Part shown: positions 9,973 to 19,885 of the stretch, piece after piece
Numbering within the stretch: position 1 is the first letter of the stretch
Layout of the letters: each line of letters opens with the position of its first letter
Origin: Myxococcota bacterium
Lineage (GTDB): Bacteria; Myxococcota_A; SURF-8
Assembly: GCA_965140415.1 (NCBI GenBank)
Contig: OZ223209.1
Coordinates: 5,696,001-5,760,000 of the forward strand
DNA length: 64,000 nucleotides
Reading direction: 5' to 3'
The notes under the pieces: generated by a model
Told to the model about the DNA's origin: nothing
The model's input: only the letters and a program-made list of their open reading frames with translations
Database searches by the model: none
Made by a program: the position numbers and the translations under genes

Positions 9973-11790
9973 TTATCGCAAGGAAGTCGGCTGCTGCCAT
10001 ATTCCGTTTTCCCGCACCATCAACCATTGTTTACTGCTGCCTTCGCTATGCAGGGTCGTCTTGATTTGCGGGAACAGGTAGTTATCCATATCCAGCGGAT
10101 CGTAGAATTCCAGCATGATGTCGTTGTTCGTCAAGCGCCGGGCGCAGAATGGCGTTATCATCCAATCGTTATAGGCGGCACAGTCATTGGTATAAGCCAC
10201 TTCGATTTTATAGGCGCCATTAACTGCGTTGTTGATTGCCAGTTCTTCAATACCTTCGCACGTACTACTGCCATTGCAGAAGGCGGTAAAAATAACCGAA
10301 CCTTCCTCCAAACCTAAGGTACAGATTCCGCTTGAATTAATGGAGTTGTTAGTGCATTTGAAGCCGGAAGGCGAAATCACTCCCAGATCCATATCGATGA
10401 TGCTTCTTCCGGTGGGAGAATCCTCTGCGGTTTCGAAAGTCAAGCGGATAATCAAACCCTGGTTCCCCATCCTCTGAACAGTGACCGGAATTCGGAACGG
10501 AGCAGAGATGTTGTCGTCGTTATCGGTTACCTGAAACTCGACCACATAATCCCCAGATTTGTCGAATCTCACACAGGAGCTATACTGATCGGCGTCAAGA
10601 TATCGGAAATAGGCGCTGCTACCTTCCGGCATCACCGGCATAGACCAGATGCCGGGAGGTTGAAGTTCGCCGTCTGGATCATTGCTGCAATCGCCGTAGA
10701 AACATAGGGTTGTCCCCTCATCGATGCCGGTTATCGGAGCAACGATCACCGGTCCATGCGACTGCAACGCCACACAAGCCTGGGGCAGACCATCGCCCGG
10801 AGAGGCATAAGCTTGGATGGGAACGGTAAGCTGCGAGGCGTTTTCGTCTTCGCCGGAAACAATTTGCAGGTTACACAGATGCTCGCCCGACCTGGTTGGT
10901 AGATAGGCAATTTGAATGCGGCCCGGTGTTTCCTCTTCCGGGCGGAGTTTACAGACGTTGTAGTCTTCGCCTGAAAGCGGACAACAGAACATGCGATAGG
11001 GACATTGCGAATCGGAAGTGCAAACCTTATTGGAGACACCCCAGGTGTCGATGATGCGGAACTGGTGACATTCGGAGGTGCTGCCGTTAAGGAACATGCT
11101 CGTCACCGCCAACGGTTCGTTGGTGAGGTTGAACAGATCCACGTTCTGTACCGTGTGGCAATATCCATCGTCCAGGCAACGCTGATTCGTAGCGCAATCG
11201 GAATTGCTCTGACAGGGATCGTAGGCTACTACAACATCTTCAAAAACAATCGGGTCCGGTTCGGCGCGCAGGTTCTGGATAGACAGCTCATCTGCATCAT
11301 GTTCCAGATCGCCGTCTATCGGCAAGTCGCCGTCAATTTCCAGGTCTCCATCGATTGGCAGGTCTTCATCTGCGGGCAAGTCGCCATCAACAGGAACGTC
11401 ACCATCAATTTCCAAGTCCCCGTCTATTGGAGTGTCGCCGTCTATGGGGAAATCCCCATCGGTAGGAGTATCACCATCGATGGGCAGGTCACCATCAATG
11501 GGAGCATCGCCATCAATGGGCGCGTCGCCGTCGACGGGTTGGTCACTTGAATCGCCATCCACCACATCGCCGTCCGGCAGTTCTCCGTCCTCGGAATCCT
11601 GATCGCCGGGAGTCTGTGCTTGCTCGCAGACATCCGACACGCATACCAGATCCCCAATACAATTACCTGACAAATCGCAGGGGCAGCCTAACGTGCCTTC
11701 CAGGCAATCGCTGGGAGACTGCAAGGTGCTGGTGCAGCCAGAAGCAACCAGGAAAATCAGCAGCAATAGCAAGGCTCTTGGATACAGCAT
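9973..11790 (-). CDS. Cys-rich lipoprotein with a 13x PIDGDL stalk and Ig-like/PKD-like domains
   Basis: Lipobox ASGC; CLEGTLGCPC module; PKD-like SNDPDG...GDYVVEFQVTDND. An alternative GTG start lies at 11820. Confidence 0.8.
   Translation of the reverse strand: MLYPRALLLLLIFLVASGCTSTLQSPSDCLEGTLGCPCDLSGNCIGDLVCVSDVCEQAQTPGDQDSEDGELPDGDVVDGDSSDQPVDGDAPIDGDAPIDGDLPIDGDTPTDGDFPIDGDTPIDGDLEIDGDVPVDGDLPADEDLPIDGDLEIDGDLPIDGDLEHDADELSIQNLRAEPDPIVFEDVVVAYDPCQSNSDCATNQRCLDDGYCHTVQNVDLFNLTNEPLAVTSMFLNGSTSECHQFRIIDTWGVSNKVCTSDSQCPYRMFCCPLSGEDYNVCKLRPEEETPGRIQIAYLPTRSGEHLCNLQIVSGEDENASQLTVPIQAYASPGDGLPQACVALQSHGPVIVAPITGIDEGTTLCFYGDCSNDPDGELQPPGIWSMPVMPEGSSAYFRYLDADQYSSCVRFDKSGDYVVEFQVTDNDDNISAPFRIPVTVQRMGNQGLIIRLTFETAEDSPTGRSIIDMDLGVISPSGFKCTNNSINSSGICTLGLEEGSVIFTAFCNGSSTCEGIEELAINNAVNGAYKIEVAYTNDCAAYNDWMITPFCARRLTNNDIMLEFYDPLDMDNYLFPQIKTTLHSEGSSKQWLMVRENGIWQQPTSLR
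11305..11538 (-). repeat. 18-bp tandem repeat, 13 units, encoding (P/E)xDGDx
   Basis: PVDGDA PIDGDA PIDGDL...PIDGDL; 234 bp equals 13 x 18. Confidence 0.9.
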
Positions 11791-12029
11791 AATAACGTCC
11801 TTCAACATATTGGGTTTCACTCGCTTTACGAACGCATGTAGCGAAAAGAAAAAAACGATGCAATTGACCTAGAAGCACCAGCATTTCAAAATGTACCATA
11901 GCAAATCGGTTTGACCAAATCGAATTTCATGTGAATACCGGAAAGCAAGAAACTTTAAAGATTCACACCTTATCGCTCAAACTGCCTCTCTGTGCTTCGA
12001 TGCTGAAAATGCAAGATTTTAAGCTACAC

Positions 12030-12066
12030 AAAAAAACCGGCTTCGCACAATGTACGAAACCGGTTT
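12030..12066 (-). terminator. Rho-independent terminator of the cyclophilin gene
   Basis: Minus-strand hairpin ccggtttcgtaca/gtgcgaagccgg followed by a T-run. Confidence 0.7.
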
Positions 12067-12099
12067 CACTAAAACGAACGAGTCTAAATGAAGACGGTA

Positions 12100-12609
<510 letters not shown>

Positions 12610-12689
12610 GTCGTTCTCCACCTTGCTTGCAGGTTTGGGTTATGGCCCCACTTCCAATCAGGACCGTACAGGTTTTCCAATACGCCGGA

Positions 12690-12968
12690 TCAGGATTCCA
12701 TTTGCGGCGGTTGCACGAATCTGGCCGGTTCGCCGAAAGGTTGAACGCGCCCTTCTTCGTTTAACGTGGCGTGCAACCCGATGACTTCTCCCGCTCCCGC
12801 CGTTAACAGTTTTTGCACCGTTTCTTCGAATCCCGGCAATTCTTCCGCCGAAGCGGTAAAGACGGTGCGTTCCGGGTCCAGACCTAGATCGGTTACGGCT
12901 TGGGCTTTGTCGAATGTATCGGGAAGGTGTTCCGTTCCACACAGATACACCACCATGATGGGTTGCAT
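12690..12968 (-). CDS. Small hypothetical protein (weak CbiX-like resemblance)
   Basis: ORF co-oriented with its neighbours. PGFEETVQKLLTAGAGEV loosely recalls CbiX, but no metal-binding His motif is evident. Confidence 0.45.
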   Translation of the reverse strand: MQPIMVVYLCGTEHLPDTFDKAQAVTDLGLDPERTVFTASAEELPGFEETVQKLLTAGAGEVIGLHATLNEEGRVQPFGEPARFVQPPQMES

Positions 12969-13099
12969 AGTCCAATTCCTTCCGCTGAATCCCGGATTCC
13001 GATGCAATCGCCGAATGTTGTTTCTATCCGACGCATGGCAGCGTTATACAAGATTTTTACCGGTAGAACAAGAGGATTGAGCGGTTCAATATCGCTTTC

Positions 13100-13513
13100 T
13101 TATTTGTTACTGACCAAGCCCAGATTCTGGAGAGAAATACGCAAGGTAGCTGGAATAACAGGTTTTTGCAGGTAACCTTCACAGCCTTCCTCGAAGGAAG
13201 ACAACATATCGTCACTGTCCTGGGTGGCTGAAACCATTAGAATTTTAACACGATCGGCCCCGGTTTTATTATTCTTCATTTCCCAATGACGCATCATTTT
13301 GACAACTTCCATGCCACGCATACCAGGCATGTTGATATCCATGGAGATCAACCCGTAGGGAACCTCCTCTTCATGCGCTTTTAAAAACATGCGCACCGCC
13401 AGATCTCCATCGGGAACGGCATCGACATCACCATAAGCCGACAGCATCGCCTTCAACTTCGTTCGGCTGACGTAATCGTCATCTACCACCAGGATTCTCA
13501 TCTCAGCCCTCAC
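13100..13513 (-). CDS. Single-domain response regulator (CheY-like)
   Basis: RILVVDDD, SMDINMPG (phospho-Asp), MVSA, QKP. Confidence 0.92.
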   Translation of the reverse strand: MRAEMRILVVDDDYVSRTKLKAMLSAYGDVDAVPDGDLAVRMFLKAHEEEVPYGLISMDINMPGMRGMEVVKMMRHWEMKNNKTGADRVKILMVSATQDSDDMLSSFEEGCEGYLQKPVIPATLRISLQNLGLVSNK

Positions 13514-13528
13514 GACCGCTTCAATAGG

Positions 13529-16500
13529 TTACGAATTCTCCTCGTCCTTGCGGGCCGCCAATGCGTCGGCAAGGCGCTTCAACTCAACAACAAGTTCATC
13601 TACGGCATCGGATGCGTTTTCAAGATTCCCCGACTTCCCGATCTTTTCCAACCGAAAAGCCACATCCGCCATCGGCTGGGCAGTCAAACTGGCTGCACCG
13701 CCCTTAAGCTTGTGTGCCTCCTGGCGAATCGTCTCCGAATCTTTTTCTTCCAATGCGGTGCGCATCCGCTCGATCTGCTTTGTTGCACTTGCAACGAACT
13801 GATCGAAAACCGACGCCACCAGTTGACGATTCCCTCCAAATTCCTCCACCGCTTGATCATAGTTCATCGGCTCGTTCGGATCAAGGCTTTCCTCCATCCT
13901 TGCATCATCTTCCGACTCGGCAGTATCAACCTGCTGCGCAAGCTGCAAAGGCGAATCCGGAAGGGAGCTCAGGTGTTCCACCAATTCTCGATGTCGCCAG
14001 GCAAGGACTTCAACCGCCTCTAACAACTCATCGAGTTGTTCTCCCTTGGCCAAGACTTCAAGGTTGCGTGCCGCCACAGACAAGGGCTTGGCACGCAGAT
14101 TTGCCGCTCCGCCTTTCAATTTGTGCGCTTCCGCAAGGATGACATCCAGTTGCGCCTCATTGGCGGCTTTGCGCAGTTGATCGATCTGGGTATCTACATT
14201 GGCGATGAACTGCCGGATGCAGTCGTTGACCAAAGCCTGGTTGCCACCGAATTCTTCGATTGCCAGTTGATACTCGATCGGCTTTGTGGGCTCACTGGCT
14301 TCGGCCAAGGCAGGAGTAGTGTTCTCGGATTTCTCAGGAACGTTGGTATCTTCCTGCTGTGGCTGAGATTTGATTTCACCGCTTGTGCAAATCCATTTGT
14401 CCAGCGCAGCCAAAAAACTGGCCTGGCGAATAGGCTTAGTGATGACATCGTTCATACCTGCTTGCAGGCAGGTTTCACGGGTACTGGCCTCCGCGCTGGC
14501 TGTCATGGCCAGAATTGGAACTTTAGAGCAACGAGAACCCTCCTTGCGAATGTTGCGGGTTGCAGTTTCGCCATCCATCACCGGCATTTGAAGATCCATC
14601 AGAACCAGGTCGAAGTCCTGCGTCCGGCAGGCGTCAACCGCCTGCTGTCCGTTTTCCACGATGACCAGAAAATACCCGGCACCTTCGATATGTAACTTGG
14701 CGATCTGCTGATTGGTTACATAATCCTCTGCCAACAGGATGCGACCCGAACATTTCTTCGGTTTGAGCGGATCGTCCAGATCGAGATCTTCCAAATCATC
14801 AAAGGTTTCCAGGTTGGCCTTGGGTGCCTGTGATTTGAAAAACGGTAAGGAGAACCAAAAGGTACTTCCTTTTCCTGCTTCACTTTCCACACCGATTTCC
14901 CCGCCCATCAATTCGACCAACTGACGGGCGATTGTGGTGCCCAACCCGGTCCCACCGTATTTGCGTGTCGTACTGGCATCGGCCTGCGTGAAGCTTTGAA
15001 AAATCTGCTGCTGCTTTTCAACAGGAATGCCGATACCGGTGTCGGTTACACGGAAGATCAGCTTGGCAAAATCCGTTTGCTGTTCCGCAACCTGCACATT
15101 GATCGATACCGACCCCTTGTCGGTAAATTTGATCGCATTGGAAATCAAATTCAACAGGATCTGTCGCAAGCGCAGAAAATCTCCAAGACCGTAACGCGGA
15201 GTGCCCTTCTCCATGGAAACATTGAATTCCAGATTCTTGCTGTGCGCTTGCAGGGTGGCATTGGCCATGATGTTTTCAAGCAATTCGAACAGATCCAGCG
15301 GGCGGTTATCCAACTCCATCTTTCCTGCTTCGATTTTGGCGTGATCCAACAGGTCGTTGACCAACATCAGCAGTGCGTCAGATTCTTTGAGAATGGTCGT
15401 AGCCTGCTGATGAATCTGCGGCAGGGAGGTAGATTCCTGGATGACTTCGGCAAAACCGATGATGCCATTTAAGGGCGTACGGATTTCGTGAGACACATTA
15501 AAGACAAAACGTGACTTGAGCCGGTTGGCGCTTTCCGCAAGTTCTTTGGCTTCGAGCAGAATCTGTTGCGATTCCTTAAGTTGGCTGATATCACGCACGA
15601 CATGCACGAGACCGAACAAATCGTCACGCTCATCGATGAGTCTATTAGAGGAAACCAATGCCGGGAAAACGGAGCCATCTTTGCGCATCAGTTCGATTTC
15701 TCCCTGATGCGCTCCCTCACGTAAAACCCTTTCGATAAACACAGAACCATCGACGGTCAATATCGTGGCAATCGGTCGCCCCAACAATTCCTTCTTTTGA
15801 TAGCCGTGCATCTGTGCCCAGGCACGATTGGCATAGAGCAGGTTTCCGTCGAGTTCGGTGATGGCGATACCATCGATGGATTGTTCTACGGCCTGTTCCA
15901 GACGCAACAAATTCTTTTCCGTTTGTTTGCGTTTGGTAATGTCGAAAATCGCACCCTGCACGGCTCCGGGTTGACCGTTGGCGTCGGGAATGTTTTCAAT
16001 GGTTTCCTGTACCCAGCGAACCTCTCCCCAGGGAGTGAGAATACGATATTCGATTTCATCCGCATTGCCGGCCTTTTCCGAAACGCGCTGCAAACGTTTA
16101 ATATAGCCAGCCTGATCTTCGGGATGGACGATATCCCGCCAGGTCGGATTACGAGACATGAATTCAGCGTGGGAGCGCCCGGTAATCTCCTTAATTTTTC
16201 CATGAAGGAAAATGGGAATCAGATCCTGGCGACAGCGATAGGCGATACCCTGGAAATTTTCCGCGAAAAGACGATAGCGAGCCTCGCTATCCCGCAGGCG
16301 CGCCTCGGTCAAACGGCGTTCACCGATTTCCCCTTGAAGCATTTTATTGGCAACTTGCAATTCCGCCGTGCGTTCTTTGACTTCCTCTTCCAAATGATCG
16401 CGATATTGACGTAATTGCTCTTCGACCCGCTCTCGCTCTACGATTTCAGCTTGAAGTTTCGTATTGAGCGTTTCCTGTTCTTTGGTGCGCTCCTTAACCA

Positions 16501-16654
16501 GTTTGTCCAGGTTGGCGTAAATGTCGAAGTAATTACGAATGGAGGTGTCGTACTCTTCGCGCGTTAGACGCAGCTCGTTTTGCAGATGTCTGACATCCGT
16601 TTCCAGTTGCTGAATCTTAATTTGAAGCTTGTCTTGCCCCAAGTCTTTGCTCAT
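13529..16654 (-). CDS. Cytoplasmic hybrid histidine kinase: coiled coil-PAS-PAS-HisKA-HATPase-REC-Hpt-Hpt
   Basis: SHEIRTPLNG, NAIKFT, DTGIG, GGTGLG, LMDLQMP, and two EAHKLKGGAA Hpt motifs. Confidence 0.95.
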   Translation of the reverse strand: MSKDLGQDKLQIKIQQLETDVRHLQNELRLTREEYDTSIRNYFDIYANLDKLVKERTKEQETLNTKLQAEIVERERVEEQLRQYRDHLEEEVKERTAELQVANKMLQGEIGERRLTEARLRDSEARYRLFAENFQGIAYRCRQDLIPIFLHGKIKEITGRSHAEFMSRNPTWRDIVHPEDQAGYIKRLQRVSEKAGNADEIEYRILTPWGEVRWVQETIENIPDANGQPGAVQGAIFDITKRKQTEKNLLRLEQAVEQSIDGIAITELDGNLLYANRAWAQMHGYQKKELLGRPIATILTVDGSVFIERVLREGAHQGEIELMRKDGSVFPALVSSNRLIDERDDLFGLVHVVRDISQLKESQQILLEAKELAESANRLKSRFVFNVSHEIRTPLNGIIGFAEVIQESTSLPQIHQQATTILKESDALLMLVNDLLDHAKIEAGKMELDNRPLDLFELLENIMANATLQAHSKNLEFNVSMEKGTPRYGLGDFLRLRQILLNLISNAIKFTDKGSVSINVQVAEQQTDFAKLIFRVTDTGIGIPVEKQQQIFQSFTQADASTTRKYGGTGLGTTIARQLVELMGGEIGVESEAGKGSTFWFSLPFFKSQAPKANLETFDDLEDLDLDDPLKPKKCSGRILLAEDYVTNQQIAKLHIEGAGYFLVIVENGQQAVDACRTQDFDLVLMDLQMPVMDGETATRNIRKEGSRCSKVPILAMTASAEASTRETCLQAGMNDVITKPIRQASFLAALDKWICTSGEIKSQPQQEDTNVPEKSENTTPALAEASEPTKPIEYQLAIEEFGGNQALVNDCIRQFIANVDTQIDQLRKAANEAQLDVILAEAHKLKGGAANLRAKPLSVAARNLEVLAKGEQLDELLEAVEVLAWRHRELVEHLSSLPDSPLQLAQQVDTAESEDDARMEESLDPNEPMNYDQAVEEFGGNRQLVASVFDQFVASATKQIERMRTALEEKDSETIRQEAHKLKGGAASLTAQPMADVAFRLEKIGKSGNLENASDAVDELVVELKRLADALAARKDEENS

Positions 16655-17535
16655 GACTGGAAGAATCCTTTATCTTCCTGTTTTTGCAATTCTCCGCGCA
16701 TCTCCTTGGCCAGTGACTCCAGCGCGTACGGCAGCAACTTCAACTCATCTGCAAATGATTCGAACAGAATGTCTTCCGGCTGTTTGGATTTATCATAACG
16801 AATGTTCAGGGAATAGGTCAAATAATCTGCAATATAGATCGTTTTAGCTAACCTTGAGAAAGCTTCGGGGACTCCTCTAGGATCATGATGCGATCCGATG
16901 GACACAACCAGATCCTGCGGCAACTCCCAACTATCGACTAGGCGTCCCCCCACCTCGGAGTGGGAAAAGCCGAAGTGCTCTTTTTCCGCCTTGTCCAGAC
17001 TTTTGTTGTTTTTATTGGCATCTTGCAAGACATGAATGAAATCCGCACCGAGAAACTGATCCTCCGCAATGATACCAAGGTCATGCAACAAACCGGCAGT
17101 ATAGGCGTTTTCTCCTCGTTCGCCGAATTCACGTCGATAAATCATCTTCGTCAATAGAGCCACAGCCAACGAATGCCGCCACAATTTGGGACGGGAGAAG
17201 CTCTCTTTGACTTCCTCGGCTTGAAACACCTCGCAGACCTTCTGACTCAGCACGATTTCTTTCAAAACGTCATAGCCGACCCAGATGACCGCCTGATCCA
17301 GTTCGTTGATGTGCCGTGGAGAAGCGTAGTAGGCAGAGTTGGCAATGCGTAGCACCTTCCCAGACAATGGCGGATCGATTTGCAACAATTCCTTCAGATC
17401 CTTGACGTTGGAACGTGGATTGTTGATCAGAGAGACGATGCCGCTGACCGTACTTTTAATCGAACTGATCTCCGATTCGTTAACCTGTTCGATTAGTTTA
17501 TCCAGGGGAGTTGTCGCTTCAGCCGTTGGTTCCAT
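16651..17535 (-). CDS. HDOD domain protein
   Basis: DPPLSGKVLRIANSAYY, LWRHSLAVA, AGLLHDLG; ATGA overlap with the kinase. Confidence 0.93.
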   Translation of the reverse strand: MEPTAEATTPLDKLIEQVNESEISSIKSTVSGIVSLINNPRSNVKDLKELLQIDPPLSGKVLRIANSAYYASPRHINELDQAVIWVGYDVLKEIVLSQKVCEVFQAEEVKESFSRPKLWRHSLAVALLTKMIYRREFGERGENAYTAGLLHDLGIIAEDQFLGADFIHVLQDANKNNKSLDKAEKEHFGFSHSEVGGRLVDSWELPQDLVVSIGSHHDPRGVPEAFSRLAKTIYIADYLTYSLNIRYDKSKQPEDILFESFADELKLLPYALESLAKEMRGELQKQEDKGFFQS

Positions 17536-17590
17536 TGTTCACCTCTGTTGGTTTGAGCAGTGGAGAAGCGAAATACGAATGAAAAGTCGC

Positions 17591-18049
17591 CTAGGGTTGT
17601 AGGCCAATGATCATCTGGAACTCACCGATATTCTCTGCATCGAAAGAGACAGCGAGGTAGGGGACTCCCTTTGGGAAATGAACGATGCTGTCCGTTCCGG
17701 AAACGACCGATGGCAGTGAAATGGATAACGACAGATCCGGAATATCCGCCTTGGCGGCTCCCGCAATAATATTGATGATTTCCCCCATAGCATCTAAAGT
17801 ATCAGCGTCGATTTCCTCTACGCTTTCTCCCGTAAACTCTTCAATCATCCGTTTGGCCACAGCCGCACTGCAACTGATGGCGGAAAGTCCGTGAGCATCA
17901 CCCGACAGACCGATTAGAGCACAGATATCCGATTTCGAAAACGCGGGAGCATCCATGCTGACGTTACGCTGCACGGGTGTCACATCCATCATCATTTCGA
18001 AACAGCTATTAGTCGCCTTGACAAAAGGAGGAATGACTTGCTTATACAT
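17591..18049 (-). CDS. cheX: CheX-family phosphatase
   Basis: ALIGLSGD, DAMGEIINIIAG (ExxN motif), ISLPSVV. Confidence 0.88.
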   Translation of the reverse strand: MYKQVIPPFVKATNSCFEMMMDVTPVQRNVSMDAPAFSKSDICALIGLSGDAHGLSAISCSAAVAKRMIEEFTGESVEEIDADTLDAMGEIINIIAGAAKADIPDLSLSISLPSVVSGTDSIVHFPKGVPYLAVSFDAENIGEFQMIIGLQP

Positions 18050-18065
18050 CTATAAAACCCCCATA

Positions 18066-18662
18066 TTACTGCAATGATTTATTGTTGGGTTGAAGTAAAT
18101 TGGGAAGCAGGTTTTGCACTTTTTCAAGTACCTGTTCGGGGGTGAACGGTTTGGCAAGGCAGTCATCCGCTCCCAATTCGATCATTCGTGTCAATGCGTC
18201 CGGGTATCCGGAAATCGCCAGAATTTTGATTTGTCTTGTGTTTTCATTGCGGCGCAGTTCATCGAGCAGTTGGCGACCATCCATACCCGGTAACTCTGCG
18301 TCCAACAGCACCAATTTGGGTTCATCCGCCCAGATCTTTCCATAGGCGGTGTAACTGTTGTTTGTTCGATCGATACACACATGTTGATAACAACTGAAAA
18401 TCCTGCACAAAATGGAAACCACGGAAGGATCATCGTCAACAATAAGAATCTTGATGCAATCCTTAGCTGACGCCTGAGTCACGCCATCCTTGTCACAATC
18501 TGCCAGAAAAAGCTGTAAATCCTCGTCGTTGATCGTCCATTGTTTTCCCATGCGGTCGCTGGTCGCCGCCAATCGTCCATCGATGCAATATTGCCTGATA
18601 GTTGGAACCGTGACATTTAAGATCCTTGCAACTTCTTCCACCGTATAATTCGGTTTTGTCAT
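18066..18662 (-). CDS. Excisionase-like HTH plus receiver-domain regulator
   Basis: YTVEEVARILNVTVPTIRQY winged HTH, then ILIVDDD, LLDAELPG, AKPF. Confidence 0.88.
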   Translation of the reverse strand: MTKPNYTVEEVARILNVTVPTIRQYCIDGRLAATSDRMGKQWTINDEDLQLFLADCDKDGVTQASAKDCIKILIVDDDPSVVSILCRIFSCYQHVCIDRTNNSYTAYGKIWADEPKLVLLDAELPGMDGRQLLDELRRNENTRQIKILAISGYPDALTRMIELGADDCLAKPFTPEQVLEKVQNLLPNLLQPNNKSLQ

Positions 18663-18941
18663 TCGCGTATGACCTTCCGTAGCTGAAGACCAACATGCAA
18701 CTGTTCAACTCAATCACCCGCCGGAATCGGACGGGCTTAGCGCAGCACCTGACATCAGTGTATTGCCAATTTGCCGATATGGCAACAAAAAAAGAGAGCT
18801 CTCCCCTATTTTTTATAAAATTACATTAATGATACTATACGTTTATCTGATTTCTTATTTCACGAATCCCGGCATAATCACTTGAAATCAAGAGGCTTTT
18901 TTAACCGAGATCGATTGGAATGTCCAAATGGGCGTCTGCTG

Positions 18942-19712
18942 TTACACGCGAAAGTGCAAACCATCATAAGCGGGTTCAACACCATCAGGCAAATAGGCAA
19001 GAAGGTCTTCGTACTCCAATTCATGGCCCATGTGCGTCAGGTAATTGATAGGTGCTCCCAATTGCTGCAATGCTTCCACCGCCTGCTCGACGGTAAAGTG
19101 GGTGTCGTGATAGTGATAACGTAAAGCATCCATAATCACGACCTGAACACCCTTCAACAAGCTCCAGCTTTCCGGCGGAATTCGATTGACATCGGTCAGA
19201 TAGGCGAAGTCGCCGATACGCCACCCGACAACTAAAAGTTTCCCATGCCAAAGTTGGATGGGAGTGATTGTTGTACCGAAGAGGGTAAACGGTTGGTTCA
19301 TGGTAACAGGATGAGTGATTACGTTCGGTTTTCCTCCACCGCGCTGGACGGAATCCTCGAAAATATAACGGAATTGATCGCGGATATGATCGATATGTTC
19401 CTGGGCTCCGTAAATGTCCAAAGCTTGTTTTTGCAGGTAATTATAGGTGCGGATTTCGTCGATACCGTGTGTGTGGTCGGCATGACAATGCGTGTAAAAA
19501 ACGGCGTTCACCCGAACCAGATTGTTTTGCAGGGCCTGTTGGCGCAGATCCGGTGAGGTATCGATCAGGATATTTTCACCGCTATCCAGCGTCACGACAA
19601 TGGAGGAACGCAGGCGTTTATTGCGTTGATGTGGCGAGCTGCATACCTTGCAGTTGCAACCGACAATCGGTACTCCCGTGGATGTTCCGCAGCCCAGTAT
19701 CACGACTTCCAT
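18942..19712 (-). CDS. PhnP-like metallo-beta-lactamase-fold hydrolase
   Basis: LGCGTSTGVP, DTSPDLRQQ, THCHADHTHG, THMGH, AYDG. Confidence 0.92.
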   Translation of the reverse strand: MEVVILGCGTSTGVPIVGCNCKVCSSPHQRNKRLRSSIVVTLDSGENILIDTSPDLRQQALQNNLVRVNAVFYTHCHADHTHGIDEIRTYNYLQKQALDIYGAQEHIDHIRDQFRYIFEDSVQRGGGKPNVITHPVTMNQPFTLFGTTITPIQLWHGKLLVVGWRIGDFAYLTDVNRIPPESWSLLKGVQVVIMDALRYHYHDTHFTVEQAVEALQQLGAPINYLTHMGHELEYEDLLAYLPDGVEPAYDGLHFRV

Positions 19713-19885
19713 ACCGCATCTTCTCCGTTCTATCAGCGCACCAATCTGTCGGCAAAGTACCATCCGCTCGGATGCATGACAAGGTAAATTTCGTGAAAAG
19801 GCGTTAGATTCTAGCTAGTTTGCCGATTAAAAGGTGGCACAAGCCATTCTTCAATGGTACAACGGAACAAGATCGATTGTAAGAA

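Noticed and set aside
18066-18662. Excisionase-like HTH as evidence of a prophage or ICE
   Set aside because: It is fused to a receiver domain within a signalling operon, and no integrase or phage genes are nearby.
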